Positions 23,342-34,531 of a stretch of 64,000 bases of DNA are shown piece by piece (the stretch's first letter is position 1; each line of letters begins with the position of its first letter). This DNA comes from Microbotryum violaceum. Taxonomy: Eukaryota. Below the pieces are notes generated by a model, which saw only the letters and a list, made by a program, of their open reading frames with translations, had not been told where the DNA came from and did no database searches. The stretch covers positions 1,302,001 to 1,366,000 of the forward strand of contig CDLV01000006.1 of the NCBI GenBank assembly GCA_001244265.2, written 5' to 3'. A program made the position numbers and the translations under genes.

Positions 23342-25560
23342 CCAGTGGGAACCCGTTAAATTAACGGGAGGATGAAATTCAAAAAATAGCAGGATAATCG
23401 AACAGTCTACATGATATCAGCGCAGAGGTTAAGACAATACGAAATACAGCAAAGAAACAAAATCCATTCATCTTACATTCATTGCCGAAACAACCTGCAT
23501 GTCGCTTGTTGCCGGACTTGGCTGCAAACACTCGTGCAATGAGATCCGGACGGTTGCATGTTTTATCGGCCCCAGTGCAGCCTTGATTTCCGGTGAGTCG
23601 GGGTCGTACGTCATCGTGATGAGCAGCGGAGGCTTTCCATGTTTGACAACGCACGCCATCGCATCCTGGTATCGCTGCGTGATGTCACGATTTGGTTCGG
23701 GGTCAAGCCGTTGATGCCTTGGGTCGTGGTGAGGCGTAGGTTCTCTTGATGTAACCGGATGTGTTGAGTCAATCGGTCTTGACTTGGGAGTACATCCGTA
23801 ATTCACGAACTCCAGGAAGGGACGTTGGGTGCAATGCGGGATTGAGAAGTGCTCGTCGCGTTTGGCAAGTAGTGCGCAAAGAATTGTGAACGCGAGACTC
23901 GCCACCTCGACCCCTTTACTTGACCTTCGTCCTAGGTGTTCAAAAGTTCAATGTCAGTCTGTGCTTGCGCCTTCGGCAGAATGGAACATCAGAGAAAGAG
24001 CCGAAGACGCGTACGTTCGCCATCACCACCCTCTTCGTCCCCTTCCTCACCGTCTTCATCCTCATTGTCGCGGTCTTCGTCCTCCTGTTCGTCTTCGTCA
24101 TCCATACCGAGACCGGCAAGTACCTCGCGCAATTGGACACCATTGTCGATCTGCTCTCAGTTACTGGCGATTGGCGGCCTGGCTTGGTGGAACCCGCAAA
24201 GAGGAATGTTGGGGTGGAAGCCATCTTCCCCTGCAGGAAAAAGTAGTGGGTAACGGAGGAGAGGCATCGCGGACGGATGGAGCGAGCTAACGATTTGGTA
24301 CTTGGGCCGACTATCGGGACATCGATCACCGTGCGCCTAGAGAATAAGGTCTTGCGGTCCACGATCTCCCGTGTTGGTGTCGGAATCGCAGATAAGCATC
24401 GCCATTTCCGTGCTCGACGTAGGAGGGTTGTGGGTGCGTCGGTCCCGGCTTGGCGGGAGGCAGAGGCGCAGGATCCACTCTTTGGCCGTGTCCCAACCTG
24501 CGCGAGGTTTGGCCGATGCGAACTCCCTCACAAAGCGATTGCCAGTGCGCAACATGGACTCTAGCTTGGTCAGCGTTGATCTTTGTATGCGAGTCTCTGT
24601 GCTGTCGGGTCCTTGAAGTCGTGTGTCGGTGGCCTCGGCCAGGTCGATCAGCCATGTCTGGGCAAAGGCTGGGCGTTGATTCACGGCAGGGATCAGGGCA
24701 CCGAGTCAATGATAGAGGCGGCCGAACACGCGAAACACGGGAGGTCCTAGAGTGCCCACTTGAGTTTGGTCCCAGTGGGCAGCGAGCGAAGTAAAGGACA
24801 ACGCGTTATTGTAAGACCGGGCATTCTCGCGGAATGCTTTAGCATCTGTGTAGATGCATCGCGTAATTCAGCATGTGGGTCTACTGCAGACGAATGTTGT
24901 TGGACGGAGCAACTGACCGCTATCCGAGCCTTGAAGAAGCTGCCGATACTCGAGATTGGGCTGGGGAGGGGGAGGTAGCCGCACCTTGCCCTGCGAGCAG
25001 CACGCGCCGAAGTGTCTGGTCGACTTGGACCTTTCGCACTCCCAGTGCCGAGCCTTGCAGTGGGTGCACACGGCCGTCTGCGGGCCGAGGTCGTCGCGGA
25101 TCGAAACGTGGGGCTTGAGGGGTTTGAGCGCGATTCGAGCCCGGCGCACTCGCCTTTGCGGAGGTGGTGGTGGGGCGAGCCCAGCGTCGAGTTGGCCATC
25201 GCGCTGACCACGCTGTCCGTTCTGCACAGCTGCACGGCCGGCTCGTATACGTGTCGCAATGCCAAGATCGGTTGAATTGTTGTCATGACACGCCGGGGGG
25301 CTGATTCTGTTGATCGGAGCGGGACGAAGAGGAGGGTCGAGCCGCGGGGCGCCCAGCAGCGGGCGCTCGAGCAGGCCATGGTAGCCCATGGTACGGCGCT
25401 ACCCTCGCGCCCAAGACTTGGCGAGGTTGCGATGGCCCTCCCTGAGTCCCTGGCGACCTTGGGACCGGGACATAGCAGCGAGGGTTTGTTCTTGAATGAG
25501 TGTCACTAAAATTGGATGAGAGTGGGAGGGAGAAAGGAAAGGTTGGAGGGAGTGGCGCAG
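23342..25560 (-). mobile_element. Truncated Helitron (deletion derivative); 3' end at 23342, 5' end not defined
   Basis: On the minus strand, hairpin CCCGTTAA-T-TTAACGGG (23352-23368), then CTGG and a flanking T; Rep-like coding sequence upstream. Confidence 0.88.
23510..25389 (-). pseudogene. Helitron Rep/Hel N-terminal portion with stops and frameshifts; no HUH motif or Pif1 helicase
   Basis: Zn motif CTHCKARHWECE...CCSQGKV, RSYNNALSFTS, FAQTWLID, LHPSAMPLLRYPLLFPAGEDGFH, YQDAMACVVKHGKP..ITMT and RPDLIARVF. Confidence 0.9.
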
Positions 25561-26201
25561 GATTATTTACGTGGTTTGATTTGTTGTTCAGCCCCTAATG
25601 CCGCTGGTCGACTGCCGGAATGACACTGACACCGCCGGCGCACCGCATCACGTGACAAACGCCAGCCCTCGCCTCGCACGTCAGGCAGAGCTCTGCTGTA
25701 GAAGCAATATCATGCAAAGCCACGCGCTTGCGGTTCATTAAATGCAATATGAGTGGAAGCATTGTTTTATGTGAGCGAAAAAAAGAAGGAAAATACTGGG
25801 AGCGCTGTAGCTTCGTTGGAACGGCGCGGAAAATACAAAAGTCACCACAGCGCTTGTACATGACTTCTGATCGGAACATGAACACCACAGGCAGGTGCGG
25901 CAGACACAACAGTATGCTGGTACATCCACCACAGTCGGCCCTGAGGGCCGCAACCTAGTTAAAAACAGCGATTTTAGGTACATTCCTTAACTCACACTTT
26001 TTTTTACTAGTTAGGGTAGGATAGGTCGGCCAAAGGGGACTCGGCCAAAGGAAACCGGAATTAAGATGGCTAGAAAACGGAATGCTAAGTTGCGGACACG
26101 TGATGTGGCCGACGCGTTCGGTCGGACATTAGCCTCTTGGCTCCGCACATAGCGCTCATACCCGCGCTCGTTCACAGCTGCTTGGTCTGCCCTGGTCAAC
26201 C

Positions 26202-29200
26202 ATGGCCCCCACAACCTCGACCGCGCACCCTGGCGCGGGTCGTGTCGTCAACAAGAAGCCACGAGTGGCTCAAGCTGGTGAGTTGTATCGCGGAGGTTTT
26301 TGTCGTCACCTGTCGCTCGTCGCCGTGATGAATCAACTCGCGGCCATCGCATGGGCGCGCGCGGCGCGTACTAGGAGGAGTTCAATGACCCAATGTCGTT
26401 TTGATGCAGCTTGCTGACTTGCATGAGTGGCTGTCTTAACAGTAACGACGGAATCATGGGACGACGACTTTCTGTTCCAAGGATCCTCCTCGTCCAGGTC
26501 TACCTCGCCTACGACGATCAAGCCCTTGCCACGCACACGCCCCTCTCCGGGTACTGCTGCAGCTGCTGGCACCGCGACAACGGCCATGATCACCACCCCA
26601 AAACCGAGCGTCCCTCATCGTCCACCCCCAAGGTCATTCAATTGCACTTCATCAGGGCCTTCTTCGAGGAACGTGTCGTCATCTTCCTCGCAGTCCAACC
26701 GATCTTGGGGGCTTTCGAACCCCTCGACCCCTGCCACCTCGGCGCGAACGTCGAGCCAGTCCTCGGCCAAGGAAAGTCCACCCTTCTCGCTCTCCGAAAC
26801 GAATGGTCCTTATCTTCGAGCAGCAAACAACGCCTCGAATGACTCCCTAGGCTCGAGTTGGTCCATCGACCCGGATCCGACCCTGACTTTGGCCAATTCT
26901 CGCTCGTCCCCGCCACCACCGATGCCGAGCTCAAGCAAACCCAGTCCACCGCCGCCAGTGCCTGCTATTCCCGCTCACCACATGACGACACCTCGGCGGC
27001 CAACACGTCGGGTGCAGACAGGGCAGCTCAACCCAAGCTTTGTCGCTCAAGGCATCGTCGAGCGTTCCGATACACCTTCATGGGGTCGGAGTGGCATCTC
27101 GACCGCCGAAGACTACACTGAAATCGAGACCGAAGAGGAGTGCGCACCGAGGCAGCCACGGCGCGGCGGCACTCGGGTCCGGAACTGGAGTCGAAACTCG
27201 TCCGCGACGACGTTGGATGAAATGATCGGGTCCCACGATGTCGCAAACAAGGTGGGCGCGAACGACATGTCACCTCTTTCGGTATCGCAACGTCGATCGT
27301 CGAGCACAAAATGGAAGAGACTTAGTGGCATCTTCGGATCGGCAAAGAAGGAAGGCGAGCTTCAGAAGTCGGCATCGAGGAACGACTTGTCCGACGTCGC
27401 TACATCGTCACAAGTTACTGCGGGCCCGACCTCGATCTTTGATTCCTCGACCGGTCTACCGAGACCTCACAATGCCGAATTCGTCGTGCTCGGCCGAAGA
27501 AGTCGAATGAGCGTCGATTCAGCCATGAGCACGGACGACGAAGATCGAAGTACGTTCAACGCCGTGGCCCGGCAACCTCACTCCTCCCACGACTCGGGCT
27601 CGACCGTCGATTCCGCCGGTGGCGCAGAGTGGTGGATATCAAGTCGGCCAGCCAACACAAGTCGACGAAGCTTGACCTTTGCTCCACCGCCACCCATGCA
27701 TTCCAGACGTTCGCTCGATCTTTACCGTGAGATAGACGAGGACGGAGTCACCTCGATGGATGAGGCCGCCGACGCCACGGAGGCTGAAACGTCGGCCGAC
27801 GATCGTGGAACGGGGAAAAGAATGGCATATGCTCCGGCGCAGGCGAGACTCTCTGTGGCTTCTTCCACGACGGTTTACACCAACATTCAAGCGGCAAGCA
27901 GCAATCCTGGGTTCGCTTCGTCGGCCAAAGCGTTTGGGCTGCCTCCGATGGCCTCGCAGAAATTGACACCTGAAGTCGCACCACGATCGACCGAATGGGA
28001 CCATATCGGGGCCGACTTGTCCAAGAAGAAGCGCAAGCTGGTCAGGAAGCGTGCGTCGGACGTTCATCAAACGGCCGGCTCTAGCTCCACCGTGCAACTT
28101 GACTCTGCAGGCGTCAATGGATCCTCGATCTCCGCTCACGCTTCGATGGCTAGCTTGACCGACCGTAGCGGCTTGTCGAACAGAGAAATGCCCGCGTGTT
28201 CTCCTCGGCCCGATCCGGACTCGAGTTCAATCCCCTCGGTGATGCCTCCACCTCGTCAATCCTCGAAGCCCCAAACGGGCCGTGTCGACGACATATCCGC
28301 TAGCCCACCTGTGACAAAGGTGCCCAAGAGTAGACCAAGAAGTCTCACAGCGCCGGTTTTGGCTGTCACTGTGGAGAAAGGGGCGGTGGTTGACATTCCA
28401 GATGATCCCGGGTGGCTGGCAGTCGAACCCTTTCCCCTATCCCCGATCAAAGGACCTGCAATCGTCGAAACTATCCCCCGACCTGCATCTCGTGGGTTGT
28501 CGCCGAGTCTGCTGCGCCGTAGATCGTCTAGCAAACCAACCCATCCACCGGTCGCGCACAAGAAGCAGGGGGATAAACGTTCCTCGTCGCTTGTCAATCT
28601 GCTTACCAGATCGGCCTCTTCCCTTCCACTCGTCGGCAAACGAGCGCCGAGCCCTTCTCCCTCCATCGGTTCCTCAAAGTCCTCCTCGAACCTCTCTCGC
28701 AAGGGCCGGGACAAGATCAGTCGTTCGCTCTCCAGCAGTGTCCTCGGATCGACCTCGACGTTGCCTCCTAGCCCTTCCCCAGCTTCAAGCTCGCGGCCCT
28801 TTCTTTCGCACTCACAAAGTATCGACAAACAGGTGCTCCCGCCTACGACGAAGCGAGACTCGTTCGTCACTCGCGCTCGAGCGCTATCGAAGGGGCACAA
28901 GACATCACGGCCGATAACCCCTGCGCCGGCCGAGATTGAGACGCCGGTGCAGCACATGGACCGCTCGGGATCAGCCGGCCGATCGGGCGCCGCTCCTCCT
29001 TCACGACCCCGCTTGGCTGAAGGCTGGAGCTTCTCGCGTCCACTCAGTGGCGTCTCGGATAAGTCAGAAATGGGTTCGACTGCGTTTGGGGGTTCGGCGC
29101 TTCCTCCAGTCATCACGAATCGCAAAGTGGATCGAGTTGTCTCTGCGACACGCGAGGGTAGTCGTCCGCCCAGTCCCTTCGTCAAGGGTCATCGACCTTC

Positions 29201-30733
29201 ACTTTCTCTTTCGGCAGTTATGCCAGGTCGTCCTTCGTCGTGGGCCCCGCCTTCGTCGCCGTTGCCTCCTGCCGTACCCAAGGAACCCGTTCCGGCTAAA
29301 TCGGCTCTGGGTCTTGATCGGACTCCCAAAGCTCAACCGCCGCACGCACCGATGGGAAGTGGACGTCCACCATCACGCTTCTGGGATGATGATTTTGCTT
29401 CCATCACTTCATCGTCGATTCAAACTACGAGGAGGAATAGTCTCGGCGACCTCAAGATCCCACAGAGGATCTCGATGGCACAGGCTAGGATCGAAGAGGA
29501 TCTCGAGAGGGTCAAACAATTCGCTCAGGGGATCGAAGGTACGTTCATGGATGCGGGCGTAAAGTGTCTCCTATTGTGAATCACGCTGAACCCAAACGAC
29601 TCTTGAGTATGGTAGAGCTCAAGCTTGTTCGAGCGCAGTACCAGCAACTACTACGCACAGTCGCACATTCTGCGAGGTCGTTTGACATCGAACCAAGTCA
29701 CTTGGAATCTTTGTCGCGTACGACACTCCGTCCCGCATCACAAGCGATTCGACGGCTTGAAATCGACTACGGGGCGTGGTGGGAACAAGCGGATGCTCTC
29801 GTCGATCTAGGAGATGGAACGCCCCGAGCCGTGGAGCCTCGACAAACGCCTGGATCGATCGCAAGTCGTCGTGATCGCTGCGTCTCGCTCGCCCCGAGTC
29901 CTCCGCACAAGGGACGGTGGAACGATTCAGCAGCCTCGTCGGATGAGAACGAATCGGCATGGGGAGCAGACTCGGCGGACGCAACTATGACACAGCGAAT
30001 TGGTCGACGGCCCAGCTGTTCCTCGATTGAAACTAGCGGATTTAGGAGTGGTATGGCTCGTCGTCAACACGAGATGTTGCGTGGCGTGCTCGTTCCGGGG
30101 CCCAAAGGCGCTTCTTTGCCCTCACGCGGACCTCCTTCACCCCGTCCTACCCTGGCGGCTCTGCACAGCAACTCAGCCGGGTTGAAAGGCACTCTACCTT
30201 TCTCTCGCTTTACGGGGATTGATGGTCGTCCTGCTGTGCACCTTCCCCCGACGCCCTCCAAGAAGTCACTCCGCAGAGTATCGCGAGCTGGCGTTTCAGG
30301 GATCAAGGAGTTCCTACTTCGACTACGCAACAAATTCGTGGTCGAAGATCTGACTTTTCCAGCTTCAGCGCAGCTTTATCAGGAGCCCGTAGATTCTTTG
30401 CCGTCAAACGGGCGAAAATCCATCTCCATTCCGATCGATCCGACGTTGGCCAACAGTCCACGCGATCATCGATCGTCGATGCTGCGAGTCGACTCGGAGG
30501 AGGAGGAAGACTGGGACCAAGCCTCGCTCGCGCCTTCCCCAGCTCGGCAAGCGCCTACTTCGTCGGTCTCGGGCGGTGATTACAGAGGGGTGGTGAGCAG
30601 TCCAGGTGTGGAGAGAATGATCCTGACGACCGAAGCGATGCCTGGATTGGTACTCAAGGTCGCCGAAGTGAGGGAACGGTGCGAGGAGTGTGTCGAAAGG
30701 TTGCAGAGACTGTCCACAGCGGTTGTAGTCTAG
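26202..30733 (+). CDS. Large Ser/Pro-rich hypothetical protein with ESWDDDF and RRNSLGDLKIP motifs
   Basis: Exon 26202-26277, a 3.1-kb exon from 26441, an intron near 29539-29615 and a last exon to TAG at 30733; helical block EEDLERVKQFA...WWEQADALVDLG. Confidence 0.8.
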
Positions 30734-31002
30734 AGTTTGAGCGTAGAGTCAACAGGGCAGTGAACCACGCTGAGGCCAATATTGGGCAGGGTTGATCGAG
30801 CTACCAGTGAGATCTTTCCGGCTCTCGGTGCGGTGCGATAGTCTGTCCGGCTTCAAGAACTATGGTGTTGCGAGCCGCCTTATAGCCTCAACAGCTAGTG
30901 GCTTTGCATTGGATAGAGAGGCTGATCAAGCGGTGACACGAATATAAACATCTGTTATGGAAAGGAAGCAAACGAATAGCACAGCGAACTTTTTGGGCCT
31001 CT

Positions 31003-31226
31003 TCATTTCGTGAAACGCCTGCCTCTTGTGTGGAGCCCAAACAGACCAGCAATATCGGTGACGGTGAGATTGCCTCGCGTTTTGCCAGCGTTTTCACCGA
31101 GATTGGCGTCTGCGAGATCTTGCTTGCGGGCTTGGAGCGCGCGCATACGCTCTCGACGGTGTCGGCGCTGGTGAGGCGATCGCATAGCGCTGCTTTTGCG
31201 CGTCAAGGACGATGCGAAAGTCGGTC
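31003..31226 (-). pseudogene. Decayed C-terminal fragment of a RAD5/16-type SNF2 helicase
   Basis: DRLSHRP*RAKAALCDRLTSADTVE, frameshift, then RMRALQARKQDLADANLGENAGKTRGNLTVTDIAGLFGL; aligns by eye with the SNF2 C-terminus at 48.9-49.1 kb. Confidence 0.7.
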
Positions 31227-31877
31227 TCGTCAGGATAGTGGAGAAGGAACGACTTCAACTCTCCGAGTATGTGCGAAGGTGGATTTGCGACGAGCTGATA
31301 GTTGATCGCAAGTCATTGCCACGCGACGCCATCGTCAGCGCTCCAGGTCGAGTACTTGACTGACAACAGGATCACGTGAGATCTAGGTGACCTACCTCGA
31401 AATACGACGCCAGTGACTTGACAAGCACTTGTCGAACGAGTTGCTTGGCCATGCCGTATTGAGCGTGTGGACGGATGCCAAGGGGTGAGATGAACGGGGT
31501 GAGCTGGGATGTGGTCTTGCCTCAAACTCTAGTGGAGAATCAGGCGAGCAGGGAGAGCGGTGTGTGTAGTGTCCTCGTGAAGAGATAGCAAGCGATGCCC
31601 TCCGTATGGGCAGACGGGGACCTGACTTTCAAGAGGTGAAAATCCAGCAGATGGAAGTGGAGAGAAGGAGGGGGCGACAGGACGGCCGTCGACGCGTCGC
31701 CCGTGTACAGCCCGTGACAACTCCTGTCCGACCAACGGCTCTCCTACAGTTGTTTTTCTGCGCAGTCCTAGCACCGCACGGCCCAGTCGCATGCTCTCAC
31801 AACAGACTGTCATGGGATTGTATTCGAAAACAACAGGTGGTGCGGAGGTTGATGTTGCAAAGGTTGATGTCACGTCG

Positions 31878-32881
31878 CTACCGTACAAATAGCTTCTTTT
31901 TGCCCGGCGCGGCGATGACCCGCTCGTGCTCGGCCTGGTACAGTCGATAGCCTTCTCGGAGGTCGTCCGGCGTCAAAGGACCGTCGTGGTTGGCCACAGA
32001 TCGCGCTGCACAAATCCAGCAACGACGTCAGCACCCCTTCGACGGCTCAATAGGTGAAGGACTGACCCTTTTCGACGACCTCTCCGACGAAAACCTTGGC
32101 AAATCCACGCACGATGGTCAATATCGGAGCCGAGACCGATTGTTGAAGCACCGAGTTGACAAGCTGTAGGTGCATATGTACCCTGAAAGGTCAGCGAGCT
32201 CACCTGTCACCTAATCGATGCTCCGCGGGCGGAAACTGACCCGACGAATGACGGCCTTGTTGAGACCCGATCGACGGTACGCTTCGTATCGATCCATTTG
32301 AGTAGCGTCAAAATGTTCCAACAAGACGCGCAGATATTCTTTCTGTTTGGCGCTCTCCTTCTGGTTCACCCCAAACTGTTGTGCAGAAACGAGGAATCGA
32401 CAGGTGGGTAATACGCCACGTGGGGTAATCCGAGTCAGCTTTCACCGCCGGCTAACGCATCGTGTTCGACTCGCAACCCATTCAGAGCGCTCAAAACGAC
32501 ACTGACCTCATCGTCCGAGAACAGAAGCTCTTCCTCGTCCTCATTGTCCTCATCCTCGGCATCCTCGACCGGATCCGCGGCGTGCTCGTCCTGCGCGGCG
32601 TCCCTGTCCTTACCCTTCCCCTTGCTCGCCCCGAACCCTGGAGCGACACTGGCACTCCTACTCCTACTGCGACTCCTCTCTCTCGGCCGGGGCGAGTCCA
32701 TCATGCCCGAATACGGAGGTGACGAGGCCAGAGGTGTGCCCATCGACGCCGGTCCGGGTGAAGCGGCCGGTGGGCGGGCCTTTTTGCTCTTCTTGACTTT
32801 GGCTTTAATCTGGGACGGGGCAGAGCCAGATCGCTCTGTTGGTGGCATGGTTTGGGAGAAGGTTCGTTTCATCGGGGGCAT
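31878..32881 (-). CDS. TAF11: TFIID subunit TAF11 (histone fold)
   Basis: LLEHFDATQMDRYEAYRRSGL, LVNSVLQQSV...GFAKVFVGEVVEK and GPLTPDDLREGYRLY; several introns. Confidence 0.9.
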
Positions 32882-33090
32882 CGTGCAAGTGTGAGTGGGT
32901 GCGAGAGGCAAGGGAGTGTTGAAAAGAGTTGGGGAAGGAGACCAGAGGAGACCAGAGGAGACAGGAGGAGACAGGAGGAGAAGGGAGGAGGCCGGCAAGA
33001 GATGCTTTGCGCGCTCACGTCGACACACAGTTCTATGCTCTCACTCTCTCTCTCTCTTTCTCTCTATCCCCGTTGCAACCTCGGCACGTC

Positions 33091-34531
33091 ATGGCTCCAC
33101 CTCAAGCGTCAGTACCAGCTCAACTCGAGGGATTACGCCGGGAGCCAGCTGAGGTGTCATTCAATTGCACAGGTCACCCTCTGAGGAAGGTGTTGCCGAG
33201 CCGTCGAGCTCGACCTCAGTTCACGTCAAGCCCTACGACGCTGCCTCGGATGCTGCACCGACAGCTCGACAACTGGCCGAAATGGAGGAGCACGAGCACG
33301 AGCACGAGGATGAGGATGATGCCGACTTGGAGGAACTGGAGAAGGAACTGGATGAGAACTTTGACCTCGGCGGTTTCAGGGAGCGGAGGATGGAAGAGCT
33401 CAAGTCCCAGTACGGGTGCTCTCGCGCGATACAGCATGTGTATTCATTCCATCAGCATCACTGACCGAGATCCCGAATGGCCCGACTTTCATAGGATGCA
33501 AGAGATACAAAAGATGAGGCAGAGCGATTTTGGAAAGTACAACGAGTACACCAAGGAGAAGGACGTGATCTCAGCTACCGCGTAGGTCCACCCCGTATCC
33601 CTCCCACGGACCGGTCCAAAAAAAGTCCACGTCGCGACGCGTCGAGCTGAACCCATCTCGTTTTGGCAATCCGTACATCTCCCCGGGGCGATGGCTCAAC
33701 CCGCAACAGCAAAGCAAGTCGATCACTCGTCCATTTTTACCACCGAGACTTTCGGAGATGCAAGATCATGGATTCGCATCTAGAGGTGAGCCGATCTATC
33801 TCCGAAAAAGAGCGGTGGCCATCTTCGGCCTTCCTCCATCTTGTGCGCGCACATGGCACGAGCTCGAATGACGAGGCGCCGCTGCGCTCGTCCGAGCTAC
33901 CCACTTCTTGAGTTTTCATCATGCACAAAGTGACGCTGTGGCAGGCACAAAGAATACGCTGACAAAGAGGGGTTTCTATTGTCGTCGCATAGAAACTCGC
34001 CAAGAAACACTTTGACACACTCTTCATCAAGATCGACGTCGCGAATGCCCCTTTCCTCGTAACCAAGATGGACGTCAAGGTCCTGCCCTGCGTCATCGGC
34101 TTCGTCAAAGCCGTCTCAAAGTTAAAGTAGGTCGCTCTGCCGATCGTCAAAGCGCAATTAGTGAAAGGAAGTCTAACGCAGGCATCTTCACCTTCGGCAG
34201 GATCGTCGGCTTCGAAGAATTGCCAGGTGGTGACAACTTCACGACTTCGGCGTTGGAATTTGGTTTAATCCAAGCCGGTGGGTCTCAACTTTATTAGTGC
34301 CGCGCCACGAGCTCGCGTGGGCAACCGGGACGAGGGCTAATCTAATCCGACCGGCTTTTCCATATTCTTTTTGCTCCAACAGATGTGATCAAGGACCCCA
34401 AATTGACGGCAACCGCAAGTCGTGTGATTGGTGCAGCCAGGAGCTCGGAAAGCTCCAACTCAGCCAGCCGAGGGATCCGAAGTAGCTCCCGCATCGGCGC
34501 TAGCAACGACGAGTCGGACCTGGACGATTGA
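33091..34531 (+). CDS. Phosducin-like thioredoxin-fold protein (PLP1/TXNDC9 type)
   Basis: GGFRERRMEELK, VHFYHRDFRRCKIMDSHLE, APFLVTKMDVKVLPCV and IVGFEELPGGDNFTT; acidic tail. Confidence 0.9.

Noticed and set aside
23920..24330. Acidic tract and hydrophobic antisense ORF as a host gene captured by the Helitron
   Set aside because: The tract is collinear with Helitron Rep motifs on both sides (LHPSAMPLLRYPLLFP before, YQDAM after), so it is part of the element
26326..26417. C/D box snoRNA in an intron (GTGATGA...CTGA)
   Set aside because: The CTGA is the likely branch point; I saw no terminal stem or recognisable rRNA guide
32406..32432. GGGTAAT motifs in a TAF11 intron resembling the CACTA subterminal repeats
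   Set aside because: Only two short matches and no TIR; probably chance
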